Below, piece after piece: positions 32,870 through 45,877 of a stretch of 64,000 bases of DNA. Location of the stretch: assembly GCA_964016885.1 (NCBI GenBank), contig OZ024746.1:58714001-58778000 (forward strand), written 5' to 3'. The first letter of the stretch is position 1; every line of letters begins with the position of its first letter. Source of the stretch: Eledone cirrhosa (taxonomy: Eukaryota). The notes under the pieces are model-generated. The model ran no database searches. It was not told where the DNA came from and worked only from the letters and a program-made list of their open reading frames with translations. A program made the position numbers and the translations under genes.

Positions 32870-33112
32870 ATTTCTTTTTTAGCCACAAAGGTACAAAAGA
32901 AGGGGACAAATACAAAGGGGGAGTTTACATACAGGTATATGAAAATAAAACTATTAATAAAACAACAAATAACAATTGAAATCCCCAATAGGGGGGAGGC
33001 GTTACACAGGGGTTGTACACACCCCTAAAAAATGTACATCCTCATCTCCAGGAGTACCGAGAGTGAGTACTCCCTTCTTCTCTTCCTCTTTTTCCCCAAC
33101 CTACAGGCTTAT

Positions 33113-33115
<3 letters not shown>
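32870..33115 (-). mobile_element. 3' UTR fragment of a Tx1-like LINE related to the 55325-60815 element, within (GATA)n
   Basis: tttcttttttagccac..gggacaaatacaaagggggagtttaca..acacacccctaaaaaa..caggagtac..ctacaggcttatatag aligns by eye with 55329-55607. Confidence 0.8.
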
Positions 33116-33146
<31 letters not shown>

Positions 33147-33147
33147 T

Positions 33148-33200
<53 letters not shown>

Positions 33201-34952
33201 ATAGATAAATAGATAGATAGATAGATATGTTTCTTTATAGATAGATAAAAGACTCGAAAGATCAATAGATGTATGTGTATTTCTATGTATGTAAAGACGT
33301 ATTCATGTTCTGTGTGAAGGTATGTTAAGTGGTTATATATATAAGACTCAGATAAACGTAGACAGTGAGATTGATAGATATGACAGATAGGTAGGTGGAC
33401 CATTGTACATGTCGATATATAGATCGCAAAGTTTGAAAATAAATGTATACTTACATAGACATACAGCAATTGACATATTGAGAGATAGACTAAGTGAGAG
33501 TAGAATTTCATATTTTTACTGTTTATCAATCTATACAATAAAAAATGGTGTTCATATGAGCAATGTACTTTAGCATGAAGAAGCAATATCCAACTCTTCA
33601 TCGTAAATACTACCTTTACAGGAGAAATATATATATATATATATATATATTCGTGGCACCTACACAGCTATGTATGTGTTTGGACGTTTGGTTTTCTGAA
33701 GAAAATTTATATTCCTCTCTCTTGCTTTTTATGTCTACAATCAAACATTTTTTTTTTTCATTTTGTAGAAGTATTTTATCTTACTATATATTTTCCACGT
33801 TTCTTCTTTTGCTACTTTCTGTCGATGAGTATGGCCATGTGGTAGCATCTCTTCCAATGGAACCTTTTTCTTGTGATTCTGGTCCTGATACACCACGATT
33901 TCTTAGCAGACATGGTTCCAAACGATCTAGATGATACTTCACTAGAAACGTGTTATGAAGCTAGACGAACACTCTCTCGGCCTCAAATATAATAACATGA
34001 AGATATATGTTTAAAGCTAAATCTAACGTAAAATAACTAGTCTGCGTGGGCACAAAACATTCGGATTAAAATAGATACCGAGCAATCAGTTGATATTCTA
34101 CCACTACTTATTTTAATCGCTTGGCTGGAAAATTTTCGTTCATATTTCTCGAACATACCTGAATTGGTACTAAACAACAACAACAACAAACAATAGCAAC
34201 AACAACTCCATCAACAACAGTGGCAGGAGCAATAAGTTATTTTCTAGTGAAAGATTTACAGTAAGTGAAGTGAATTAGATAAATTAATGGAATAAATATT
34301 TTGCTTCGCAGAAACATATTTTGTCTTTTTTATTCCAACGTGGCACCTTCGATAAATATATTATATGATTGGCTCAGCGAAATATAGGTTTGAGAATGAA
34401 ATTTGCTAGACGCAAACCTGGTCTCCAATTCGTTGCAATTATTACACGGTAATTTCCTTCGTTCTTCTCAACAGTCGTGGAAACCCATAATATGGATGTG
34501 TTTGATACCGACTTTGCTCAAAGCTTTGCGAGAAATAAATATTCCATTTGTTGGTATTTACCATGAAATGAGAGTGTGTGCAAACAAAACAATGTTATTT
34601 GTTGTGTTATCGTCTCTGAACCGCAAGAGAGTCCTGATACAACATACATACGATGGAAAGTGTGGCAATTGTCACTATCTCGTCTTTATTCTCAGACGGT
34701 GTATAGCTGGGACACTAATATCCAATATGTCACACTTTATTTTTTTTAGAGAAAAGAGTATGGTTTGGGGGTGAATTGGCTACCCTTTATTGTAAAGGAA
34801 AATAAACATATATAATTCTATCACTTTAAACCAGTAAAAGGTAGAACTCAAAGTTGTTGCTGTTTTATCTTAAAAGAACGTAAATTTAATCATATCTATA
34901 CATATATATTTATACTAACATACGCACACAAACACACATACATATATATATG

Positions 34953-35039
<87 letters not shown>

Positions 35040-35813
35040 GTATGTGCATGGGGTGTGTGTTTGATTGTGAGAGAGCGAGTATCTGTGTGCGATGAGCGCG
35101 TGGATGTGTGTGTATGTATTGTGTATCTACGTAAGTATGTATGTATATAAATGTGAAAAATCAGAACAATATTATTAACGAAATAATGTTATGAAAATCT
35201 GATTAATTTAAAAACAAAGCGCAAAATAATACAAACTAAAAAATAATAAATGTCATATTTGTAAAATTACACTAAACATTCGGTGCATTGACATTAAAGA
35301 TGAGGTTTAAATATAAAAAAAAAGACGTTGCAAGAAAAAATATAGATTTAAAATGGCGCCTGTTCTGATCGCTGTTTTAAAATATTTGTTTTGCGTTCAG
35401 TCTATAAATGGATAAACGTAAATCAATTACTGTAAAACATTTTTGTCTCACAGCATACATAGGTTTGGTCGGTCTAGATTTTTCCTCTTACAATTTCATT
35501 TATATTATCTCCTCCTACTTAACTTACCTCCTTCTTCCAAGGTACGTAAGTCTGTCTCTGCATTCATTTACTGTCAGCGCGGATATTCCATTCGCTCACT
35601 GACCGCTGTTATTATTTCATGCGCAGTGCGTAGCTTAAAATACTTCAACCAATTTAGTAATGGAAATATAAGAGAACGGAATAAATAAATAAATAAATAA
35701 ATAAATAAATTTATAATAATAAACTTAAATAAACAATAATATATAAAGAAATTTATAACTAAATAAACAAATAAGGAATATACAAATAGTGACACAACAG
35801 AATATATCTATAA

Positions 35814-35851
<38 letters not shown>

Positions 35852-35855
<4 letters not shown>

Positions 35856-35984
35856 CACATGCATACAAACTTACATATATACATACATGCCTACACAGGA
35901 ACATATATATATATATATATTATATATATATATGTTCCTGTGCAGGCATGTATGTATATATGTAAGTTTGTATGCATGTGTTAT
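35852..35984. repeat. Palindrome centred on a (TA)n run
   Basis: ataacacatgcatacaaacttacatatatacatacatgcctacacaggaac versus gttcctgtgcaggcatgtatgtatatatgtaagtttgtatgcatgtgttat. Confidence 0.9.
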
Positions 35985-36700
35985 GCATGTATGTATTAGG
36001 TATGTGTGTATGTATATATATATATATGTGTGTAGGTTTGTTTCTATGTATCTATGTATATATGTAAGTATTTATGTATGCATATATATATATATGGATG
36101 TATCTACGTATGTATGTATTTTTTATTGTATGTGTGTATGTATGCATATATATATATGTTTGTATTATGTATTATGTTTATATGTTTTATGTATGTATAT
36201 ATGTATGCATTTTTGTATGTATGTATGTATTATGTAAGTATATATGTACGTATTATGCATGTATTATCCTATGTATGTATGTATTATGTATGTATATATG
36301 TATGTATTCATGTATGTATGTATGTATGCTTATGTATCAGTGCGTTCATATTCGTTTTGTTTAACTTTGTGTTTTGTCAATATTGTACTGTTTGAAAGGA
36401 TACATTCAGAAAATGTGTGTACTTGAATTAATTTCCATTATCCAGCGTGTATATATTCTATTGAATAATACGTATATACAATCGAAGTATATATATTTAA
36501 AGGGTAACACATAATCACGTACAAATAGGCGCCATATGATTTCTCACTGCGTCTAGTTAATCTTTTCATACGTCAACTTGGGTGTACACACATAGATAAA
36601 TACATACACAGTCACACACACACACGCACACATACGCACACATGGATACACACATGGACACACACACACACACATACACACACATACGCAGATATATATA

Positions 36701-36746
<46 letters not shown>

Positions 36747-36754
36747 TATATATA

Positions 36755-36945
36755 TAGGAACGAGTAGGACCCCGACGGCTGAGCTCAAGCCGTTTCGACG
36801 GCTAATTCAGTCCAGAATTAGCCGTCGAAACGGCTTGAGCTCAGCCGTCGGGATCCTACTCGTTCCTATTACCCACTCTACTACCCTAAGTATTGAGTAC
36901 TTTGGTGCGTTATGGTCCACCTTGTTCCTTACCACATTTCCTTCG

Positions 36946-36948
<3 letters not shown>
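36755..36948. repeat. Fold-back repeat family copy (short left arm, long right arm)
   Basis: ccgacggctgagctcaagccgtttcgacggctaattc-agtcca-gaattagccgtcgaaacggcttgagctcagccgtcgg. Confidence 0.9.
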
Positions 36949-37013
<65 letters not shown>

Positions 37014-37044
37014 ATACACATATATATATATATATACATATATA

Positions 37045-37255
37045 TTATTAGAAAGTGAGGTTTGTTTTACAAAATGAAAAATGACCCAGGTGTCCTACAC
37101 GAGTGAAAGTATAAAGAAAAAAGATGAAATCGAAAATGCAACTGGAGTCTTATCTTTTTAAAAATATATATATTTATTTGGTTCCTTTACCGGTTTCGCA
37201 GTTCTTCTGCTTTTCAAAAGTAGAGTTGAGATGGAGGGACTGTGGTTTTTCTCAC
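37045..37255 (-). mobile_element. ~210-bp HHR-bearing element (solo pLTR-like), inverse copy of 51058-51272
   Basis: Near-identical reverse complement of 51058-51272; flanked by (TA)/(CA) repeats. Confidence 0.8.
37183..37222 (-). ncRNA. Hammerhead ribozyme, U3-A8 core variant
   Basis: tactt-TTGAAAA-gcag aagaa ctgc-GAAA-ccgg-TA-aagga. Confidence 0.75.
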
Positions 37256-37359
37256 ACACACACACATATATATATATATGTTTACATACATACATATATA
37301 TCATACATGCAATAGTATGATATATATATATATATATATATGTACATACATATATACAT

Positions 37360-37589
37360 ATAACGAAGGAATTGTGGTAAGGAATCAGATGGACCATAAC
37401 GCACCAGAATACTCAATACTTAGGGTAGTAGAGTGGGTAATAGCAAAAAGTATGAGTCCGACGGCTATTTCTGGACTAAATTAGAATTTTTAGCCTGGTA
37501 AATAAATAGCCAAAAAGGTATTTATTTACAAGAAATAGCCGTCGAAACGGCTTGAGCTCTGTCGTCGGGGTCATACTTTTTCCTATTAC

Positions 37590-37590
<1 letters not shown>
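37360..37590. repeat. Fold-back repeat family copy (rearranged centre)
   Basis: taacgaaggaattgtggtaagg..gacggctatttctggact..gaaatagccgtcgaaacggcttgagctc. Confidence 0.85.
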
Positions 37591-37620
<30 letters not shown>

Positions 37621-38223
37621 TGTATGTATGTATGTATGTATGTATGTATGCATGGATGCATGTATGTGACGATCGGGAATTTATTGCAGCAAAAGTGAAA
37701 TAGTGTTGAATATATATTGTGGAGTACAGGTATATGTAAGCTCTATTCGTTTCTCCCAAATATCTTCCACGCTGATCGTCAGGCGAGGTTTCTTCTGCAT
37801 GGGCGGAACACATTACTGTTTTATTCAGAAACAAGGTGCCTATTGCATATGCATATCCATAGAATTATCTGAATCAATATAAGCACGTATAAAAATAAAT
37901 GTGTATGTGTAAGTATGTATATCTGTATGTATATATCTATCTATATATGTGTATGTATGTATACATATATATACGTATGCATGTATTTATGTATGTATAC
38001 ATATATACATGTACATATATATAAATATATGTATATATATATATATATATATGGGGGACCACACATTCACAACTATGCATGTATATGTATATATGTGTGT
38101 TTAAGTATGGGTGCGTCAGTTTGCTTGATTTGCTTTATATGCATGTATACATAATTATATATATGGGGGGGGGGTGCGTGTGTGTATCAGTATTTTTCAT
38201 TTATATATATATATACATATATA

Positions 38224-38312
<89 letters not shown>

Positions 38313-38929
38313 GTATATAAATATAAATCTATAGAATGCTTTGTAGGTTTTTGTATTGATTTATTCCTCTGAAAAGTAGGTAACTTACAGCAAGAAATGA
38401 CAAACTTAGCGTCATATAAAAGGAATCGTATTTAGTGACAATGATGGTAGTTAGTGGTGTTCACAGAATGGAAACATTTCGGAAGGCATATCTAAGATAA
38501 ATAGCTTTTAAAAGGGTCTAGAACAGTGAATCCGTATACAAATGTAAACCTTAGCAAATATATTTCTGATTCAAATTGCAGGCCGATAGAAGCACACAAA
38601 TGCCTATACGCATATATACATGGGCACAGCATACATACATACAAACACACACTAATGTGTAAACACATTCAAGCAATTTTTACTCCCAGATATATCGACT
38701 AAAATCAGAGAAGTAGTATGAAATTGTGTTTGTTGTTAATATTATATATATATATATGTGTGGGGGGGGATGTATGTGTGTGTGTGTGAGTGTAAAAGTA
38801 TAGGAATTACCGCGAGCTGATAGGTTTAGACTAGTTACACACTTTAAATTATACAAGGTATCGAGTTCTTGGATTTGTGGTATTGCTTCTCCTAGTAACA
38901 CGATCTAACAATATATATATATATCATAA

Positions 38930-40588
38930 AAGGAAGTTCGAAACTGATTTACCAGTCAGTTAATTGCACCATCTAAATCGGACCTTGGCAGACGTAGCAA
39001 AAATATTCTTGACAGAATAATACCACAAATTAAGAATTTATCTAATTTATCTTATTTAAAATTATGAAAGGGAACTAGTGAAGTTATCGATTGGTTTAAA
39101 GAAATTAAATATAACTATAATAATAAGTTTATTCAGTTGGATATTGCTAACTATTACTCATCTATCACTCCTAATCTACTGAATAAGGCACTAACTTACG
39201 CATTTAAACATACAGACATAACTAGCAATGAAATGCACATTTTATTATCGGCACGGAAAACATTAATAGAATTTAATAACCAACTCTGGACTAGGGCAGA
39301 TAGAAATAATAATTTCGACATAACTATGGGATCTTCCGATTCCGCTCAGGTAACGGATTGTGTGGGCCTATTTATAATTAATTCTCTACATAGAAAAATA
39401 CCTGAGATAACCGGAGGTTTATATCGTGACGACATGCTTTTACTTATAGAAAATAATAACTGTGAACTAAATAGAAAAAGAAAACAAATTATACATTTTT
39501 TTAATTACCTTAATCTAAAAGTAGAAATAGAGAATAACCATAAAATAGTCAATTTTCTAGATGTAACACTAAATCTTAACACATGTCTTCATTATCCATT
39601 TCACAAACTAAATGAGAACTTAAATTACGTCAATTTTAACTCTAATCACCCCAGATCCGTTAAAAATACTATAGTGAACTCTGTACAAGAACGAATTTCG
39701 AGAATTTCAGCTAATAAGAATATATTTGATGAAAAAGCACATTATTACAACGAAGCGTTAGGTAGAGCTGGGTATAGAAATAAAATTAAATACATCGATA
39801 ATAATAATAATATAACAACTAACCATAATTATAACAATTTAACTATGGTAACAATGTTAACAACTATAATAGAAAACCTTACATTAATTCCGAAAGCCAA
39901 AAAAGAAATAGAACTAGGAACATATTATCGTTCGCTCCTCCTTTCTCATTAAAACCCCTATTTCTAAATTATTTTTAAAGCTCTTGACAAATGCTTCCCT
40001 AGATCACATAGATATTACTCAATTTTTAATAGACATACTATAAAATTAACTTATTCTTCCACCAAAAATTTAGCGCAAAATATTAATAGAATTAATAATA
40101 GAAATTTAAAACCTAACCAAAATACCAATAATAACCCAAGCAATATTCAATCTGATAAATGTAACTGTAGAAATAAATCTAACTGTCCGTTAAATAACAA
40201 TTGCTTAGCTAAAAATGTAGTATATAATTGTAATGTAAAAACTAATTTAAATTCATTTAATTATGTGGGATCTACTTCCACAGAGTTTAAATCCCGCTTC
40301 AATAATCATAAAAATTCTTTTACAGATCCAAACAAAAAATCTTTAACTTCTCTATCTAGCCTATTATGGGACCTAAAACTAAAGAACGTTGAATATTCGT
40401 TGATTTGGAATATTATTTCATAAGCTTCTCCTTTTAACTCCTCTTCAGAAAATTGCGATCTTTGTATAGAGGAAATATTCTTTATATTAAAGACCAAAAA
40501 TTCCCTGAACTTAAGGAATAATTTATTCAGTTGCTGCAGACATAGATTAAACTCAACTTTTAAATATAAATATAAATTTAAAATGTAG
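38930..40588 (+). pseudogene. PLE reverse transcriptase/GIY-YIG ORF with frameshifts and a stop
   Basis: ORF 39137-39952 carries the RT core. The endonuclease continues in another frame with an internal TAA. Confidence 0.9.
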
Positions 40589-41195
40589 TATATAATTAAT
40601 TAATTAATTTTATTAATATATGAAACCTGTCGATAAATCATTAGATTCCTTCATATTTTGTACTCAAGTAAAAATAACTTTTCTTCCTAAATATAAATAA
40701 ATATAAAGATAATAAACTATTCTATAGAAATATATTGAGAGCTCTTGAAAGGAGAAAATATTTCCTATTTCTTATTTTTATTTTTTATTGTTTTCCTATT
40801 GTTCTGATAGCTTCTCCTATTTTCGAAAGATTATCCTTTCAAAATGTTGAGTTAAATATACGTAAGATAAATTTCTATACTAAATCTATTAAACATACTA
40901 TTATTTTGAAATTATAACTTAAAATATTCTATAATATTTTAATATTGTATTGCTTTTAAAGTTATATTGCTTATAATTATATTTCCAAATTGTAATATAA
41001 TCTTTTTGTATTTTGTGTACTCAATTATACTATGTACTGTATTGATATATACTTCTCTCTATATCTGAGTATATATGTATATGTGTGTATTGATATACAT
41101 GTACATATATTCTATGCGTTTTTATGAATGTATGTCTGTCTGTATGTATATGTATGCGTGATGAGTATCTACCTATTGGCTGAAGGTACACACAC

Positions 41196-41234
<39 letters not shown>

Positions 41235-42109
41235 AGAATTGTGTATATGCATGTGTGTGTATATCCATACAATTCTATTGCACTAATGTATAGTGATTAT
41301 CCCAATGATTCCTGACAGATAGACATATAATTAACAGCCATAAATACATAACAGGTAATCTTATAAAACTTATATAACAAATTTTATTTAATAACATAAA
41401 GTGTGTATAACATAAAATTAACTTTAATATCTTAACAATTATAACATATTTAAGATTCCTATATCTTAAATTAAATTAAAGAATCCTTTATACTTTGTGT
41501 GTATATGTTATATACGTAGTTAGATATGTTATGTATTTTATAAGTGTGTATATATATTTATATGTATTTTTGCGTGTGTATACGTGTTATATGATATGTA
41601 GTTCTCTAGCAATATATGGATTTCTTAATGTATAGATCCCAATTTTTAATATATTGATCTCAATTTTTAAATGAGTAACTAAACATCTAATCATATTTAA
41701 ACAATGATTAATTTCTCATATTATATATGTATATTCCATTCATGATTATTTAAATTTCTAATTTTATTTATTAATTTCATCTCAATTGTTAAGTTAACTC
41801 AACAAGATATGACTGAGAGTTTTCGTTCTCTCCCCTTCTCTCTGTCTCCTCTCTCTATATATATCTTTCTCTCTCTGTTGTTTTGGTCTCTCTCTCTCTC
41901 TTTTCTCTCTTTTTTTCTCTCTTTCGCTCTTTTTCTCTCTCTCCTTCTTTTTCTTTCTCTGTAACCCAACGGCTTATTTTAAAAATAAAAATATCCAATA
42001 CTAATAATAATATAAGTAAACAACTCCACTATCCGAGAGCTTCCAACAGTAATGGTTGCATTTTTTAAGGGTATGTCAATATTTATTTATAAAACTGATC
42101 TATATTATA

Positions 42110-42170
42110 TTTTGTCTGATGAAAGCACACCATAATTTAACTAGGTGTCCTTGAAATATGTATAATGAAA
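42110..42170 (+). ncRNA. Type I hammerhead ribozyme at PLE 3' end
   Basis: ttttgt-CTGATGA-aagcacacc ataatttaacta ggtgtcctt-GAAA-tatgta-TA-atgaaa; downstream tail matches 26151-26190. Confidence 0.82.
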
Positions 42171-42212
42171 TAAATATGGTTTTATAAATATAGTTTCCAT
42201 TTGTTTAATATC

Positions 42213-42268
<56 letters not shown>

Positions 42269-42347
42269 TTATGTATAGGAAAATAGTCAGGACCCTGACG
42301 GTTGAGCTCCGGCCGTTTCGACAGCTAGATCCCAAGTGTTATATATG

Positions 42348-42378
<31 letters not shown>

Positions 42379-42379
<1 letters not shown>

Positions 42380-42526
42380 TTATTTCTGAAGACGGCATAT
42401 ATATGTGTTGGTATGTATATTTAATTTTGATAGTTTGTATAATTTTGTATAATTTTGTACATAGATCTGTTGAATATGCATGCCAATTCTAACACATATA
42501 TATCCTAGAAACGATCGTTAAATAAT
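42379..42526 (+). ncRNA. Hammerhead ribozyme with ~115-nt extended stem II
   Basis: attattt-CTGAAGA-cggcatatatatgtgttgg tatgtatattta..tgaatatgcatg..ctaacacatatatatccta-GAAA-cgatcg-TT-aaataat. Confidence 0.72.
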
Positions 42527-42582
42527 GAACTTTTTTGTTTAATATAAGGAACTGTTTCATTGTTTTATTCATTATTTTTTTA

Positions 42583-42679
<97 letters not shown>

Positions 42680-42716
42680 GAAAGACAGGAGGCAGTTTTA
42701 CACACACACACACAAT

Positions 42717-42786
<70 letters not shown>

Positions 42787-42981
42787 AGGGAGAGAGAGGC
42801 GGGGAGAGAGGGGGAGAGAGAGGGGTGATTTGTGTCTGTATGTGCATGTGTGGCGTGTGTGCGAGTACAATTGATGATTGACTGTAGAGTGGACTAGAAC
42901 AGTCTGAAAGATGGTGTCCCGGGCAAGGACGCACCGCACTGCAAACAGTCTCCACCTTTAATGTGTTACCCACTACACCAA

Positions 42982-43530
42982 TAATTGTTTCTACTTTAGG
43001 TAAAAGGCCAGCAATGATCCTACCTATTGCATTACTGGTACTTTATTTTATCGACCCCGTAAGGATGAGAGGTAAAGCGAACCTCGGCGGGATTTGAACT
43101 CAGACCGTAAAGGGACGTAGCTCTATGCTGCAAACATAGCGTACTTCAACAGATACTGCCAAATCCACTGACATACTACCCCAATAATAACTGTTTCTAC
43201 TTTAGGTAAAAGGCCTGCAATGATCCTATTACATTACTGCTACTTTATTTTATCGACCCCGTAAGGATGAAAGGCGAGTTAACCTCGGCGGGATTAGAAC
43301 TCAAATGCGTCAAAGCATTACTACCCCAATAATGGATTCTTATATAGGCACAAGGCCAGTAATTTGGGGGGAGGGGAAAGTCGATTAAATCGACCCCAGT
43401 GCGTGGCTGGTACTTTATTTTATCGACCCCGTAAGGATGAAAGGTAAAGTTAAACCTCGGCGGGTTTTGAACTCAGAATGGCAAGGGCCGTAACTCTATG
43501 CGTCAAAGCATTACTACCCCAATAATAACA
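42982..43530 (-). mobile_element. Three tandem partial SINE copies
   Basis: actttattttatcgaccccgtaaggatga..aacctcggcggg occurs three times, with the recurring junction tactaccccaataat. Confidence 0.9.
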
Positions 43531-44202
43531 TCAGTCTGATAGATGAAACATTGCTATAACGTCATTAAAGTCACATCACATCAACCAAGTAGATACCATT
43601 CTACTTTACTCATATTTTCAGTACTTTTTATCAATTTCGTTTTAAAGAAATCATATGTATATATATATACAGTTCTTTTTTTTTTCGGTATATATACTTA
43701 CGTGTGCTCTTGTGTGTACTTATTTCTGAACGTGGATGTAAAATTGTGAATGCCTGTATATATTCGCAATATGTAATTCGTACGCGTATTCATGCAAATA
43801 TATATCAATATATGTACGAATAACTATTTATATATATTTGAAAGTGTTGGAATGTGCAAGTATATGCCTATTTAAATGTGTTTTTGCGTGTATGTTTATG
43901 TGTTTGGTGTATATGTTAGTGTGTATGTGTGTGTCTGTGTGTGTGTGTGATGGAGTGTATAAATGTGTGAGCGTCTGAGCGCTATTTCATACTCTTACGT
44001 GACACATTTTGCTCAACACAGAAGTATTCCTAATAGGATATTTGTTCTGAGGGCATGTATAAATATGTATAACCAGTGATTGGTATCATAGAGAAAAGCA
44101 CTAGAACGGAGAGAAGCAGACTCAATACGCGTGATATATCAAGATGAATATATACATTTAAATCTGTCTCTTAAGTAGTGTGTTGTTATTATACAAGCAC
44201 AC

Positions 44203-44260
<58 letters not shown>

Positions 44261-44280
44261 CACATATATTTATATATATA

Positions 44281-44555
44281 TAACGAAGGAGTTATGGTAA
44301 GGAACCAGATGGACCATAACGCATCAGAGTACTCAATACTTAAGGTAGTAGAGTTGGTAATAGGAAAAAGTATAACCCGACGGCAGAGCTCAAGCCGTAT
44401 CGAATCGGCTATTTCAGTCCAGAAATAGCCGTCGAAACGGCTCGAACTCTGCCGTCAGGGTCATACTTGTTCCTATTACCCACTCTACTACCTTAAGTAT
44501 TGAGTTCTTTGGTGCGTTATGGTCCATCTGGTGCCTTACCACAATTCCTTCGTTA
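44281..44555. repeat. Complete 275-bp fold-back element with both arms full length, in (TA)n
   Basis: taacgaagg..gctatttc-agtcca-gaaatagc..ccttcgtta. Confidence 0.92.
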
Positions 44556-44571
44556 TATATATATATATATA

Positions 44572-44650
<79 letters not shown>

Positions 44651-44687
44651 ATATATATATACATATATACATATATATATATATATA

Positions 44688-44789
44688 TCGGGGTCATATT
44701 TGTTCCTATTACCCACTCTACTACGTTCAGTATTGAGTACTTTGGTGCGTTAAGGTCCATCTGCTGCCTTACCACAATTCCTTCGTTAT
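44688..44789 (+). repeat. Partial arm of the fold-back family, inverted partner at 45466-45567
   Basis: tcggggtcatatttgttcc..ccttcgttat versus ataacgaagg..ggaacaaatatgaccccga. Confidence 0.9.
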
Positions 44790-44804
44790 ATATATATATA
44801 TATA

Positions 44805-45403
44805 TAACACCTTGAATACTGTTGTCCACTGTGGTCTCCCCACACGAAACAAAGTATCATGAAACTTGAAGCTCCTCAAAGGGCAATCACGAAAATATAG
44901 ATGGCATGTCAGACCTTGACTACTGGGGTCGATTAGAAAACCTGAAACTTTACTCACTCCAACGTCGCCGTGAGCGTTATATTATCTGCATGATGTGGAA
45001 AATGTTCCATCATCACTGCCCAAATGATGTTGGCATCGCCTTCAAGATACACCCAAGGCTTGGGCCCCGTGCTATCCGTCCCATTCAAAAATCTAAATCG
45101 CAACTCATAACAACAATACGGCACAATTATTTCACCTCAATCGGCCCTGCTCTCTTCAACATCACACCAGGACACGTCAAAACAGAAACTGACCACACAA
45201 AATTCAAGAAGTCTTTGGACAAATTCCTCCAAGTAATCCCGGACAAACCACCCACACCCGGATATGTCTCCGCAAACAGTAATTCTCTTCTCGAATGGGC
45301 CATGGTGCCCAAATCCTGAATTGAAAGACTTCGCCAGGTGGTGCTATTAAGTTAGACATGGCCTGGGCCAATACTGGCCAAAACATTTCAAAGTTATTCA
45401 AAG

Positions 45404-45405
<2 letters not shown>
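44805..45405 (+). mobile_element. CR1-clade LINE 3' fragment
   Basis: [48 protein letters not shown]. Confidence 0.85.
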
Positions 45406-45468
<63 letters not shown>

Positions 45469-45564
45469 ACGAAGGAATTGTGGTAAGGCACCAGATGGAC
45501 CGTAACGCACCAAAGTACTCAATACTTAGGGTAGTAGAGTGGGTAATAGGAACAAATATGACCC

Positions 45565-45631
<67 letters not shown>

Positions 45632-45634
<3 letters not shown>

Positions 45635-45825
45635 CGAAGGAAATGTGGTAAGGAACCTGGTGGACCATAACGCACCAAAGTACTCAATACTTAGGGTAGT
45701 AGAGTGGGTAATAGGAACAAGTAAGACCCCGACGGCTGAGCTCAAGCCGTTTCGACGGCTAATTCTGGACTCAATTAGTCCAGAACTAGCCGTCGAAACG
45801 GCTTGAGCTCAGCCGTCGGGGTCTT
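45632..45825. repeat. Fold-back repeat family copy (long left arm, short right arm)
   Basis: gacggctaattctggact-caatt-agtccagaactagccgtc centre. Confidence 0.9.
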
Positions 45826-45829
45826 AATT

Positions 45830-45869
<40 letters not shown>

Positions 45870-45877
<8 letters not shown>

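Larger units (their letters stand above)
38926..42212 (+). mobile_element. 5'-truncated Naiad-type PLE (RT plus GIY-YIG, ~1.6-kb 3' UTR, HHR)
   Basis: LIAPSKSDLGR, DIANYYSSI, FDITMGSSDSAQ..GLYRDD, NFLDVTLNL, SNHP; CNCRNKSNCPL..VVY..YVGSTSTEFKSRFNNH..CDLCIEE..CCRH, stop at 40586-40588; both ends abut (TA)n. Confidence 0.93.

Noticed and set aside
37741-37788. Minus-strand CTGACGA..GAAAcgaaTA hammerhead-like motif
   Set aside because: Stems I and II pair poorly; at best a decayed relic
39950-40588. Selenocysteine recoding, known in some Naiad PLEs
   Set aside because: The conserved Cys positions I checked use TGT/TGC here and in the element at 1-820, and the internal stop is TAA
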